Below the pieces are notes generated by a model that searched no databases, had not been told where the DNA came from, and was given only the letters and a program-made list of their open reading frames with translations. A stretch of 63,119 nt of DNA, the filler included, from Klebsormidium nitens (taxonomy: Eukaryota; Plantae; Klebsormidiophyceae): the NCBI GenBank assembly GCA_000708835.1. It is 8 parts of 8 records of this genome, joined end to end, with 100 filler letters (N's around TTAATTAATTAA, not from the genome) between each part and the next. Parts side by side here need not be neighbours in the genome. Positions count along the whole stretch, not along the records: positions 25,320 to 48,383 come from DF237866.1; 7 more parts are not named here. The stretch is one strand, 5' to 3'. Position numbers and translations under genes: made by a program. Shown in pieces: positions 33,965 to 43,503 of the stretch. Numbering within the stretch: the stretch's first letter is position 1; every line of letters begins with the position of its first letter.

Positions 33965-34390
33965 ATGGCACGAGTCCGTTTCGACCCCTCAAAGAATACC
34001 CAGCGGACCATCCCGCGCAACAGCTTCAACAAGTGGTGGGGTCCTGACGAGGTACCGTTCAAGCAGTTACTCTTGAAAAGCCGTGACCTGAACAGCTTGT
34101 CCACCGAGGAGCTCGACGAGCTGATGGCTTATCAAGAGGAGCGCAGAGTGGCCAAGGTGGGACAAGGGCAGAGAGCCACGGCCGCACAGCGGGACGCCGA
34201 CTCGCTGCGCCAGGTCGAGCAGCTCCTTGCAGAGAATCCGGACATTGGACTCGGAATCCATTGGAAAGCTCTCTCGACTTCAAAGCAAACAGTCAACCGT
34301 AAGATCGAGAGCCAACGACACTCGTGTTCTGACCTCTGGCGAGCGGCCGAGGCAGACGTGCAATGTCTGTCAGATATTTCACTCGCATAG
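33965..34390 (+). CDS. Hypothetical protein
   Basis: ORF from ATG 33965; 3' end overlaps the convergent gene, may be frameshifted. Confidence 0.35.
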   Translation: MARVRFDPSKNTQRTIPRNSFNKWWGPDEVPFKQLLLKSRDLNSLSTEELDELMAYQEERRVAKVGQGQRATAAQRDADSLRQVEQLLAENPDIGLGIHWKALSTSKQTVNRKIESQRHSCSDLWRAAEADVQCLSDISLA

Positions 34391-34814
34391 CAATCCCCGA
34401 GAGGACCTGCGGGACAATGATGCTGAGGACCTTCCGATCGAGGTCTGCCACCTGCCCTTCAACATTCGCATCACTGTTGACAGAGTACTCCAAGTATACG
34501 CCGCGCATGATTATCCGGAGTGCTTGCTCGTCCTGTTTGTCGATAGTCTGCTTCGTCTCTGCCCTCACAATCCTCTGGAGCTCCCTCTGGATGTACTCGA
34601 CGTTGCGCTTGTCAAAGAACATGACATTCACTCGGTTGGCACAGAGCTTCAATTCACGCAAGGCAGCTGCAACCTCTACGGGGACTTTGCTGATTGGGGA
34701 AGCGCATGGTAAGGGGTCAAGGGCTGGAGCATACCCAGGGCCAAAATCAGAAGCTCCCACGGTGCTGACCTCGTTGATCGAGCGTGCACGGCCAAACGGG
34801 TCCATGGCTGCCAT
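34293..34814 (-). CDS. Conserved NCLDV protein resembling the DUF5761/minor capsid P8-type family
   Basis: FFDKRNVEYIQ...IDKQDEQALRIIMRGVYL...V.SGIAMRVKYLTDIARLPRPL...NTS pattern; family name from memory, needs HMM confirmation. Confidence 0.7.
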   Translation of the reverse strand: MAAMDPFGRARSINEVSTVGASDFGPGYAPALDPLPCASPISKVPVEVAAALRELKLCANRVNVMFFDKRNVEYIQRELQRIVRAETKQTIDKQDEQALRIIMRGVYLEYSVNSDANVEGQVADLDRKVLSIIVPQVLSGIAMRVKYLTDIARLPRPLARGQNTSVVGSRSYG

Positions 34815-34915
34815 CGGTGCTTGCAAGTAGATGCAGCTTTTTTGACAGCACCACACACACACTCCGAGGCTTAGGGCGATTCAAACATAGAGGACAACAG
34901 AAACTGCCACTTGCA

Positions 34916-35602
34916 ATGGAGCCGCCCGCATGGCCCCTGACTACGGCAGTCTGGTGCTGGAACTGTTCGCAGCCGTTCGAGACCATCCCGGTGCCTATAC
35001 CGCACATCTACGACTCGAAACGAAACGTCTTTTATGGCTACGGCAATTTCTGTTCCTTCTCGTGCGCGAAGCGGTACGTCCTCGAGTCGAGCGGCAACAC
35101 GCAGGCGTGCACTCTGCTGGCCCTGCTGAGATCCAAGATTATTGGCGGTCTTGGAATGGCCAACATGGGTATCAAGGCAGCACCGCCAAAGACGAGCCTC
35201 AAGGTCTTTGGCGGACAGCTGAGCATCGAGGAATTCCGCTCGGGGCTGGAGTTCTTATTGCCTCAGAACATGCTGTTCCCTCATCAGATCGTAGAGATGG
35301 AACGGACTCTGCGCCCAGGAACAACACAGTGGCCCGGGGAGCTCGGCAGCGACTCCAAAGCAAAGATCTCAAAGACGAAGCCGTACCTGCCCCAGAACGA
35401 GACTCTGTGCGGGCAAGCAGCGAGTGACTCCGTACTGGAGGCCGCATTGGAAAGGAAGGCTATGCGTGCTATACAGTCCTCGCAGCCCGTGAAGAACAAC
35501 ACATACAAGCTTAGCAGAGCAAAGCCACTGCAGAACAATGGGGACCTGCTCTCCGCACTCCATATGGACTCAGACAACGATGAGGATGGAGACTATTTTT
35601 GA
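34916..35602 (+). CDS. VLTF2-like late transcription factor, copy B
   Basis: CWNCSQPFETIPVPIP...GNFCSFSCAKRY, LKVFGGQLSIEEFR, YKLSRAKPL. Confidence 0.88.
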   Translation: MEPPAWPLTTAVWCWNCSQPFETIPVPIPHIYDSKRNVFYGYGNFCSFSCAKRYVLESSGNTQACTLLALLRSKIIGGLGMANMGIKAAPPKTSLKVFGGQLSIEEFRSGLEFLLPQNMLFPHQIVEMERTLRPGTTQWPGELGSDSKAKISKTKPYLPQNETLCGQAASDSVLEAALERKAMRAIQSSQPVKNNTYKLSRAKPLQNNGDLLSALHMDSDNDEDGDYF

Positions 35603-35611
35603 TACTGTCAC

Positions 35612-36019
35612 CTACCGTCTGTGGGACAATCGGGTGCCAATATCGAATAACAGCAGGAAAAAGATCCCGAAAGTCAGGTACATTGTCATCCTCTGCATCT
35701 CATTGTCCGCCGAATACCCCCGTTTGAAATGATTATGACAGTGCGGGCAGAATGACTGCATGGCGGGTGTTCCCAGATGGTCTCCATGGAATCGGTTGTA
35801 TGCATAGGCCGGGTGCATGGGAGCCGACACCTGGTATGGTGCATACTCATAAGCGGAACCGTACTCTGGATATGGTGGTGGGACTCTTATGTTGCTGTTG
35901 CGACGTTTTGAGAATTCATCTTCGGCTTTAGAACCTCCATGTCTGCGCCCCCTGCTTTTGAGTGGTGGTTCTTCGCTCTTGGTTGAGGCCCAAATTTCGT
36001 CCAAAGGTGCGTAGTCCAT
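35612..36019 (-). CDS. Small viral membrane protein with a single C-terminal TM helix
   Basis: MDYAPLDEIW N-terminus and MYLTFGIFFLLLFD C-terminus, an architecture common in NCLDV genomes. Confidence 0.6.
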   Translation of the reverse strand: MDYAPLDEIWASTKSEEPPLKSRGRRHGGSKAEDEFSKRRNSNIRVPPPYPEYGSAYEYAPYQVSAPMHPAYAYNRFHGDHLGTPAMQSFCPHCHNHFKRGYSADNEMQRMTMYLTFGIFFLLLFDIGTRLSHRR

Positions 36020-36155
36020 GCTATAGTTGTGCAGAGAAAAAGACAGTACTCACCGTGCAGCGAGAATCCCTCAACACCTTGACAACAACCATACAACCAA
36101 CATCTTAGCCTGGTTTGTAAGCAACAGCAGCCTTGTGACGATGCGCAGATGGAGC

Positions 36156-36780
36156 GCAAGTTTCAAAAGTATTTCAGGATTTGAGACACCGCTTTTTTCG
36201 CTATAGGAGGGGGGTGGANNNNNNNNNNNNNNNNNNNNNNNNNNNNNNNNNNNNNNNNNNNNNNNNNNNNNNNNNNNNNNNNNNNNNNNNNNNNNNNNNN
36301 NNNNNNNNNNNNNNNNNNNNNNNNNNNNNNNNNNNNNNNNNNNNNNNNNNNNNNNNNNNNNNNNNNNNNNNNNNNNNNNNNNNNNNNNNNNNNNNNNNNN
36401 NNNNNNNNNNNNNNNNNNNNNNNNNNNNNNNNNNNNNNNNNNNNNNNNNNNNNNNNNNNNNNNNNNNNNNNNNNNNNNNNNNNNNNNNNNNNNNNNNNNN
36501 NNNNNNNNNNNNNNNNNNNNNNNNNNNNNNNNNNNNNNNNNNNNNNNNNNNNNNNNNNNNNNNNNNNNNNNNNNNNNNNNNNNNNNNNNNNNNNNNNNNN
36601 NNNNNNNNNNNNNNNNNNNNNNNNNNNNNNNNNNNNNNNNNNNNNNNNNNNNNNNNNNNNNNNNNNNNNNNNNNNNNNNNNNNNNNNNNNNNNNNNNNNN
36701 NNNNNNNNNNNNNNNNGCAAGTTTCAAAAGTATTTCAAGATTTGAGACACTGCTTTTCTCAATATAGGAGGGGGGTTGAA
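36156..36780. repeat. Diverged ~62-bp direct repeat on both sides of a ~500-N gap
   Basis: 36156-36218 versus 36717-36780 differ at several positions. Confidence 0.7.
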
Positions 36781-37167
36781 TTACCCGCGCCTCCGTGTTA
36801 TCGTCACATCATGCAGGGTGTGATATTGTAGCAGACAGCAATGATACGATGCAGACCGCCACTTGGCTGCTGCTGGCAAATCGGTGCGGGTTGTGAAAGG
36901 CATACCTGACATATTGGTCACCGAGCTTGCCACGGTCAGCCAACCCATGCCCGACGGCGCCACCGGCGTATCCATATAAAAGGCAGACTTGGGGCGACAC
37001 CAACCTCATTCCCAGAAAAGCACTTCAAGCGTTCGAGTGCAAAGGTGGGCAAAATTCTCAGCCTTCTCCCAAGGGACCTTGCATACATACATATCAGCAA
37101 GCCTCCCGGGCCACCAACACTCTCATACTATGTTTTGTTATAATTTCTTTCCTCTCCAGAGAAGGAA

Positions 37168-37358
37168 TTATAACAGATTAGTAGTACAGAGTTTTCCCTT
37201 TGGGTTCCTTTTGGCGATATGTATGTATGTAAGGCCATACCCTCAAAAGATGCAATATTGTAACTCACTTTTTGGAGAAGAGAATATAACAGATTAGTAG
37301 TACAAAGTTTTCCTTCTGAGACCCAATTGCCGATATGTATGTATGTAAGGCCATACCC
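37168..37358. repeat. Two ~75-bp direct repeats, period ~116 bp, each ending in a GTATG-taaggc-CATAC hairpin
   Basis: TATAACAGATTAGTAGTACA...GATATGTATGTATGTAAGGCCATACCC occurs twice. Confidence 0.8.
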
Positions 37359-37404
37359 AAAAGGCCCTGTTGCTGCTTCTGAGAGAAAATCTTTGGACGT
37401 GTGA

Positions 37405-38676
37405 TTACTCGAAATTCACCTCAATTCTCCCACGTTTTTTGGTGACAGATCCCTTGCCTCCGACAGCAACCTTCCGAATGGCTGGCTGGCCCTTTGGGCT
37501 GCTTATCGAGCTGACAGAGAAGCTGTCGTTCAGTCCGGAGACCTCGGCGTCTCCCGCGAGAGATAGGCTGACGCTGCTAGCATCATCGCCACCCGAGGGG
37601 TTTGGCGCCTGCGGGGCAGGTCTCACGAATCGCTCCAGAGGTTCCGCATACCGAGAGCTCTGCGGGACAGGGACGGACGCGGTTGGAACGACCGGTGTTG
37701 CGACGGGGACAACGGGCACTACCGGCACTGCTGGAACCCCCTGAGGCTGGGCTGCTGGAGGGGCCATGCCCTGCATCATCTTACGGACGAGCTCGGGGTT
37801 CTCCTCTGCAATCCTGGTCATGGTGGGCTGGGCGGCCTTCATCATGCTCTTTGTGAAGCAGAAGCTGGCCGCAGAGCCGCAGAGCATGAGCATGAGCTGG
37901 ATCTCTGGGGAGATTGCCGACACCCGCTTGCCATACTTCTTCACAAGCCTCTCGAGGACCGTATCGTAACGTTCGATGCTCTCAAAGATGCTCTGGCTCC
38001 AGCCGTCCAGGTCGAGATCAAACGGATTGTACTTTTTGTTCATGATCTCCAGGCCCGTTGTGACCGTGATGAGAGCGGTCCGGCAGCTCTCGATCCCGTT
38101 GGTCATCATCTGGTCCTCCTGCAGGGTGCGGAGCTCCATCCGCATCTCCTCAATGTCAGAGTCGATCGTGTAGTCAGAGACCTCCTCCACGCCCTCTGCC
38201 TTCATCCGCTTCAACGTCAGCAGGATGTACAGCTTCTCCTCTCGGATCGAGCCAAAGCCGGGGCTTGGCTTGGGCTCAGGGGCCTTTGGAGGGGGCGGCC
38301 TCGAGTTGGAGCGGGAGCGAGATCGAGAATAACGCCTGGATGGTGACGGCCTCCGGGGTGGGGGCGACCGGCGGCGGGGTGTAGGGCTGGGAGAGGGTGA
38401 GTGCTCACGGAAGGAGCGGCGCATCTTGTCTGGATTCGCCAGGCCGCTGACGTCGATGGTCACGGACGGGCTGCGATGGCGCCAGGCCCGAGGGGAGGAA
38501 TCGTCCGAGCTGTACATTTCGTGGGGTGAGGAGTCCCTCGGCGGAGGGGACGGCCTCTTCTCTTGCTAGCCCGGGGACTTTGGAGAGGGTGCAGGTGAGG
38601 GCTGGCGCTTGTCATCCGTCCTGACCGTGAACTGGAGGTTGTCACCTTTCGGAGTCCTCGTGGCAACTGCAATCAT
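37405..38676 (-). pseudogene. Conserved NCLDV protein (DUF5767-like) with premature TAG at 38566-38568 in the Pro/Ser-rich N-terminus
   Basis: EEMRMEL...GLEIMNKKYNPFDLDLDGWSQS...YDTVLERLVKKY...SPEIQLMLML; ATG 38676 is in frame with ORF 38517. Confidence 0.75.
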
Positions 38677-39456
38677 GCCCCCTGACTGCTCAGGATTGAC
38701 AACAAGTTTATGAGCTGTGTTCTGCTCCATGGTCTACCTTTGGTCAAGAAAACAGGCAGCACGATCTGGCCGTTCCATGGCTCTAGGGGCGCACGTTCCT
38801 TTGACATTATGCTACATCAAGAGCAAGTCTGTATGCGCACGCAAAGACACGTCTAGGATGAGTATCTCTGAGGATGTGTTTCTGGTCCCCAGCTGGTCAG
38901 CGCAACCAGCCCTTTTCAGGCACCACAGGAATTCTTCAGAACTTGGTGCAACGTCGTGGCCTCCTGCCATGTATCGCCCGTACAGCATTTTTAACGGAAC
39001 GTAAGAGCCCGTTGAAGGTACCAGCTGTAAGTCACAAAAAGCTGCCACCTCATGCTGAGTCGTGTAGCTCCAACACCTTCCGGCGAAAGTCAACGGACTC
39101 TGTCTCAGCTTTACCATGTGTCTGCCCCATGTACTGGACACCGTATCAAACTTCGCCCTAAGAATCTCTTGAGTCGAGCAAGTCCGTGGCCTTCTCCCGG
39201 GCGTGAATCACAATCCTGTCGAGATCCCGCATGCTGAGTGCTCTCGAGTCCCCCCTCAGGAACCTGCCGACTTTGTGGAGAGCAGATCGTTGCTCCGCTC
39301 GATAGTCAGGAGCCCCAAGCAAGTGACCCCAAGCTGGCCACCCAGGACGTTGCCTGCGCAGCATCTTGTCGAAGCAACCAACCAGGGCTTCACCTGTTGA
39401 AGCCCTAGGGGCGTGCGTTTTTTTGGCCCTCTTCAAAATCCCAGAGAAGAACAGCG

Positions 39457-40008
39457 ATGGCACCAAGAACTGGATCAAAGAAGGGACAGAAGGCGGCTGA
39501 GCCCGTTGAGGCAAGCGAGCCGAGGCCCGTTGACACACAAGACGTGGTACCCAAGGAGCCACCGGCATCTAGGCATGGGCCAGAGGCAGGGGATGATATC
39601 ATGAAGGCCCTCAGCAAGCTGCAGAGATCGATCAACAAAACACAAAAGGCTGTGCAGTCCCTCCAGGCAGCATCCCAGGGGCAGGGGGGAGAGAGTGTGC
39701 AACCCGCGAAGCCCAAGAAGGAGCCCAGTGGTTTCGCAAAGCCGAGCCGCATCTCGAACGAGCTTAGCAGCTTTCTTGGGGTTCCTTCCAATACAAGGCT
39801 TGCTCGCACACAGGTTACGAAGCTCCTGACCGAGTACATCAAGAAGAACGACCTGCAGTGCCCCGACAACCGCCGCAACATCCGACTCGATGACAAGCTC
39901 AAGGATCTGCTCAAGGTCCCAGAGGGCACCGTGGTGACGTTCTTCAATCTGCAGAAGCATTGCAAGAACCACTACATCTCTGATGACGAAGAAGTTGCCT
40001 CAGAGTAG
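39457..40008 (+). CDS. SWIB/MDM2-domain protein
   Basis: SGFAKPSRISNELSSFLG...RTQVTKLLTEYIKKNDLQ..DNRRNI..DDKLKDLL...TFFNLQKH. Confidence 0.93.
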   Translation: MAPRTGSKKGQKAAEPVEASEPRPVDTQDVVPKEPPASRHGPEAGDDIMKALSKLQRSINKTQKAVQSLQAASQGQGGESVQPAKPKKEPSGFAKPSRISNELSSFLGVPSNTRLARTQVTKLLTEYIKKNDLQCPDNRRNIRLDDKLKDLLKVPEGTVVTFFNLQKHCKNHYISDDEEVASE

Positions 40009-40962
40009 TGTGGATCAGAGTTCAATCATGGAGTAAGACCGGGAGGGCTTCCCAAACTGTAGGCAAAAGTATCGGTAAGCGCAGCCGAGAATGACGGCCA
40101 GAAGAAAGNNNNNNNNNNNNNNNNNNNNNNNNNNNNNNNNNNNNNNNNNNNNNNNNNNNNNNNNNNNNNNNNNNNNNNNNNNNNNNNNNNNNNNNNNNNN
40201 NNNNNNNNNNNNNNNNNNNNNNNNNNNNNNNNNNNNNNNNNNNNNNNNNNNNNNNNNNNNNNNNNNNNNNNNNNNNNNNNNNNNNNNNNNNNNNNNNNNN
40301 NNNNNNNNNNNNNNNNNNNNNNNNNNNNNNNNNNNNNNNNNNNNNNNNNNNNNNNNNNNNNNNNNNNNNNNNNNNNNNNNNNNNNNNNNNNNNNNNNNNN
40401 NNNNNNNNNNNNNNNNNNNNNNNNNNNNNNNNNNNNNNNNNNNNNNNNNNNNNNNNNNNNNNNNNNNNNNNNNNNNNNNNNNNNNNNNNNNNNNNNNNNN
40501 NNNNNNNNNNNNNNNNNNNNNNNNNNNNNNNNNNNNNNNNNNNNNNNNNNNNNNNNNNNNNNNNNNNNNNNNNNNNNNNNNNNNNNNNNNNNNNNNNNNN
40601 NNNNNNNNNNNNNNNNNNNNNNNNNNNNNNNNNNNNNNNNNNNNNNNNNNNNNNNNNNNNNNNNNNNNNNNNNNNNNNNNNNNNNNNNNNNNNNNNNNNN
40701 NNNNNNNNNNNNNNNNNNNNNNNNNNNNNNNNNNNNNNNNNNNNNNNNNNNGTATCGGTAAGCGCAGCCGAGAATGACGGCCAGAAGAAAGACCGAAGTT
40801 GCTGCGACCGTGATGCGGGCCCTTTCAAGCCGGTGAGGTTGCTGAGACTCCCCGGCACAGCAGGCGACCAAGTCATCCATAATAATGAACAATCCTTTGG
40901 CTACTGGAAGCAACACGCGTTGTCCTGCGTGCCGTTTTTTGTGGCTCTCCACTCAAGCACTA

Positions 40963-41232
40963 ATGGAAGCGCTCGAGTGCAGGCTGCAAGCAATCGTGGC
41001 AGACTTTAAGAAGACCCTGCGGGATACAGAGCCCAAGGCCTTGAAGAAGGGCGCTCTGTTGCGCCTGAAACTTATTGGCGAGCAGCTGGTGCGCAGCATC
41101 GAAGCAGAGCTGCACACCGTCATGCGGCTGCAGTACAGAGACACTGATGACGAGTCGTCTGATATCTCTGATGATGAAGCATCTCTCGGTGGTGACGACT
41201 ATCGACCATCAGATTATGTTGCAAGAATGTAA
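40963..41232 (+). CDS. Small hypothetical protein with acidic tail
   Basis: Its stop codon abuts the ATG of the SET gene (TAAATG). Confidence 0.45.
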   Translation: MEALECRLQAIVADFKKTLRDTEPKALKKGALLRLKLIGEQLVRSIEAELHTVMRLQYRDTDDESSDISDDEASLGGDDYRPSDYVARM

Positions 41233-41820
41233 ATGAGGTTTCGATTCTTCAACCAGGAGGGAGTCGAGCGGTTCCAGTGCAACCTCGAGTGCGCCAGCTG
41301 CACAGCTCATAAACGGAATGGTGGTCAGTGCACGCGAAGGGTGTGCATAGGGCTTCCCGCATGCTGGCAGCATTTGCGGACAATCAAAGACGCCAACAGC
41401 GGTTTGAAGATCCAAACATCGGCGATCCCTGGTGCTGGGAAGGGCTTGTTCGCTTGGAGTAAGCACGGTGGGAACAATATCGTGTTTGTGCCAAACGAAA
41501 CCATCTGCACTTACTATGGGGACGTTATCTCCCAGGCAGAGTTTGATGAACGCTATGGGCAAGACACGGGGCCTTACGTTGCAAGGGGCCACGCTGGGCT
41601 ACTCGTCGACGGGGCATGCAAGCGAGGGGCCGGAACCATTGCAAATGGCCGGCGGGGAAACGTTGATTCGAATGCACGGTTTGCCAACAGCCATGCTGGA
41701 GGGGTGCACAGGCTCGCGATAAAGGCGACCAAGAACATTCGGCACGGGCAGGAGATCATTGTACCGTATGGTGCAGACTACTGGCAAAAACACCGCGGTG
41801 TTGCACGTACAACCCGTTGA
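41233..41820 (+). CDS. SET-domain lysine methyltransferase with N-terminal C-C-C-H zinc motif
   Basis: CTAH...QCTRRVCIGLPACWQH; SAIPGAGKGLFA; ICTYYGD; IAN; IKATKNIRHGQEIIVPYGADYW. Confidence 0.9.
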   Translation: MRFRFFNQEGVERFQCNLECASCTAHKRNGGQCTRRVCIGLPACWQHLRTIKDANSGLKIQTSAIPGAGKGLFAWSKHGGNNIVFVPNETICTYYGDVISQAEFDERYGQDTGPYVARGHAGLLVDGACKRGAGTIANGRRGNVDSNARFANSHAGGVHRLAIKATKNIRHGQEIIVPYGADYWQKHRGVARTTR

Positions 41821-41822
41821 AA

Positions 41823-42089
41823 TCAGAAGATTGGTGCTGTTTTCCGTTCCTCTCTACTCCTCAGAATGTTGTTTGCAACATTGAAGAGGACAACTGCGAT
41901 TGCTGCATATTGCACGTCTCCAGCAGCCCAGTAGGCAACAAAGCACTGGAACATGAGTCGGAACAGCGGCTGCTCGAAAAACTGACGGAGCAGGCCTGCA
42001 GGCTCTGGGAACGATCGAGCCGCCATCAGGAACATGAGAGAAACGAGGGCAGCAACCAACTTGTGTTCGTCGAGAGCGGTGAATGCCAT
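41823..42089 (-). CDS. Small multi-pass membrane protein
   Basis: Hydrophobic segments LVAALVSLMFLM, PLFRLMFQCFVAYW, AAIAVVLF. Confidence 0.6.
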   Translation of the reverse strand: MAFTALDEHKLVAALVSLMFLMAARSFPEPAGLLRQFFEQPLFRLMFQCFVAYWAAGDVQYAAIAVVLFNVANNILRSREERKTAPIF

Positions 42090-42120
42090 GTACGCAATGA
42101 AGTGTGTGCAGGAAAAAGTT

Positions 42121-42591
42121 TTAAGCAGCACCCATCACTTCACAGCAACAATCCTCTACGTCCGCATAGTCGTCCTCTATTCTGGTGGGTATACGGAGAG
42201 ACTGTGCGTACGTCAAGACGTACAGTTCGACCTTCCGACCGACGGTCAGGTCTCCTCCAATCTCCCTGAAGCCCTTGGTAGCCAGGACAGTGTGGCCGCA
42301 GCACTCCAGCACCTTGAGCATCTCTACAATCATCCTCCATGTGACATCCTGGGGGATCAGCCTGAGGCTGTCGAACGTCTGAGTGGAATAAGGTGAGCGG
42401 AATGGACGATAATCGACCTTGAACATCCCCCGTTTGTCTTTCCAGTCAAATCGCCCGCAGCGATACACCAGGCCCTTGAGGCATCCTACATTGTTGCACC
42501 GTCTTGCAATCTCTTCTCGTGCAGCCTGCGACCACTGCGCACGGCGGGGGATGAAGTCGATGGCCACCCCTGCATCCGCAACATTCTCCAT
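42121..42591 (-). CDS. Hypothetical protein
   Basis: Clean 156-aa ORF in a co-directional run; no recognised domain. Confidence 0.5.
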   Translation of the reverse strand: MENVADAGVAIDFIPRRAQWSQAAREEIARRCNNVGCLKGLVYRCGRFDWKDKRGMFKVDYRPFRSPYSTQTFDSLRLIPQDVTWRMIVEMLKVLECCGHTVLATKGFREIGGDLTVGRKVELYVLTYAQSLRIPTRIEDDYADVEDCCCEVMGAA

Positions 42592-42632
42592 GGCTGTTAG
42601 ACCGATTGTCCATTTCTCTCATACGCGTCTTC

Positions 42633-43463
42633 TTAAGCCACGCTGAGGTTGTTGAAGAGGCGGACAATGGACGAATTGTCGAGGACTGTCCCATCTTTGA
42701 AGAATATAATCGAGAAGGTTCTTTTAAGAGCCTTTGAGGGCATGCCTTCGTCGCCTGTTGAGTTGGACAGGACGTACTTGCGGGGGAACAGACGGAGGGA
42801 CTCTGCAATCTGATTGTTGAGAGCGCGCGGTAGCTCAACCCTTGTCTCTTCTCCCGTTTGCTTCTTGCAGGCTCTGTGAAAGGTGAACGTGTTGATGCAC
42901 GTCTCAACGAGGTTGTCCACCGATCTGTCTGTGCGTGTTTCACCAAGCCGGACCACCTTCACATGAGCAAGATCGGAATGTAACGGTTTAATGGCAGAGT
43001 AGAGGCTCAGCATAAGGCTCTGAAACAAAAGGCCCTTCTCTGAGTCACTGAGGTTGCCGGCCCCTTTAGGATACAGCTTCTCCTTGACCTCCTTTGCAAG
43101 GCATTTCTTCGTCCGCTCGATCTCCGCTTTTCCAACCGATGTCTTCATCACCTCCTGTTCTGATTTTCTCTCTTCAGCCAGATCATGCATAGCTTCAACA
43201 AACAACGAGTGATATCTCTGGAGCAGCTCCTCATGTTGCCCTCTCTTCAAGAGCAGGATGACCGGTATGAGGTAGAGCTTGCGAGATGCCGGCTTGTAAC
43301 CTGCCAGTGCTGTGGATACTGCATCAACATCGCTGAGCCACACAAGGTTTTCCATGTTTGGGCGTCCGGTTACCCGCTTATGTAGCCGCTGCAGCAGCGA
43401 TAAGTACTGCGTGATTGTGCTCGTGCTTCTGCCTTCCCCTGCGAGCAGCTTGGTGATATCCAT
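42633..43463 (-). CDS. Catalytically dead, C-terminally truncated tyrosine-recombinase paralog
   Basis: Aligns end to end with the upstream recombinase (YKPASRKLY, FPRKY.LSN) but has PLHSD for PLRND, lacks the YKT lysine and the LRK box, and ends before the GH...Y segment; ORF uninterrupted. Confidence 0.8.
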   Translation of the reverse strand: MDITKLLAGEGRSTSTITQYLSLLQRLHKRVTGRPNMENLVWLSDVDAVSTALAGYKPASRKLYLIPVILLLKRGQHEELLQRYHSLFVEAMHDLAEERKSEQEVMKTSVGKAEIERTKKCLAKEVKEKLYPKGAGNLSDSEKGLLFQSLMLSLYSAIKPLHSDLAHVKVVRLGETRTDRSVDNLVETCINTFTFHRACKKQTGEETRVELPRALNNQIAESLRLFPRKYVLSNSTGDEGMPSKALKRTFSIIFFKDGTVLDNSSIVRLFNNLSVA

Positions 43464-43503
43464 GCTTCTTTTGATCATTTTCTGGAGAGCACGTACGCTG
43501 CTT

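Noticed and set aside
36071-36831. Long ORFs spanning N runs
   Set aside because: Composed mostly of X; no coding evidence
38812-39400. Short minus-strand ORFs between the DUF5767-like and SWIB genes
   Set aside because: Possibly a fragmented viral gene, but no motif could be recognised to support a call
40069-40791. Identical 40-bp sequence on both sides of a ~640-N gap
   Set aside because: Perfect identity at both contig ends indicates an unmerged overlap; ORFs spanning it are artefacts
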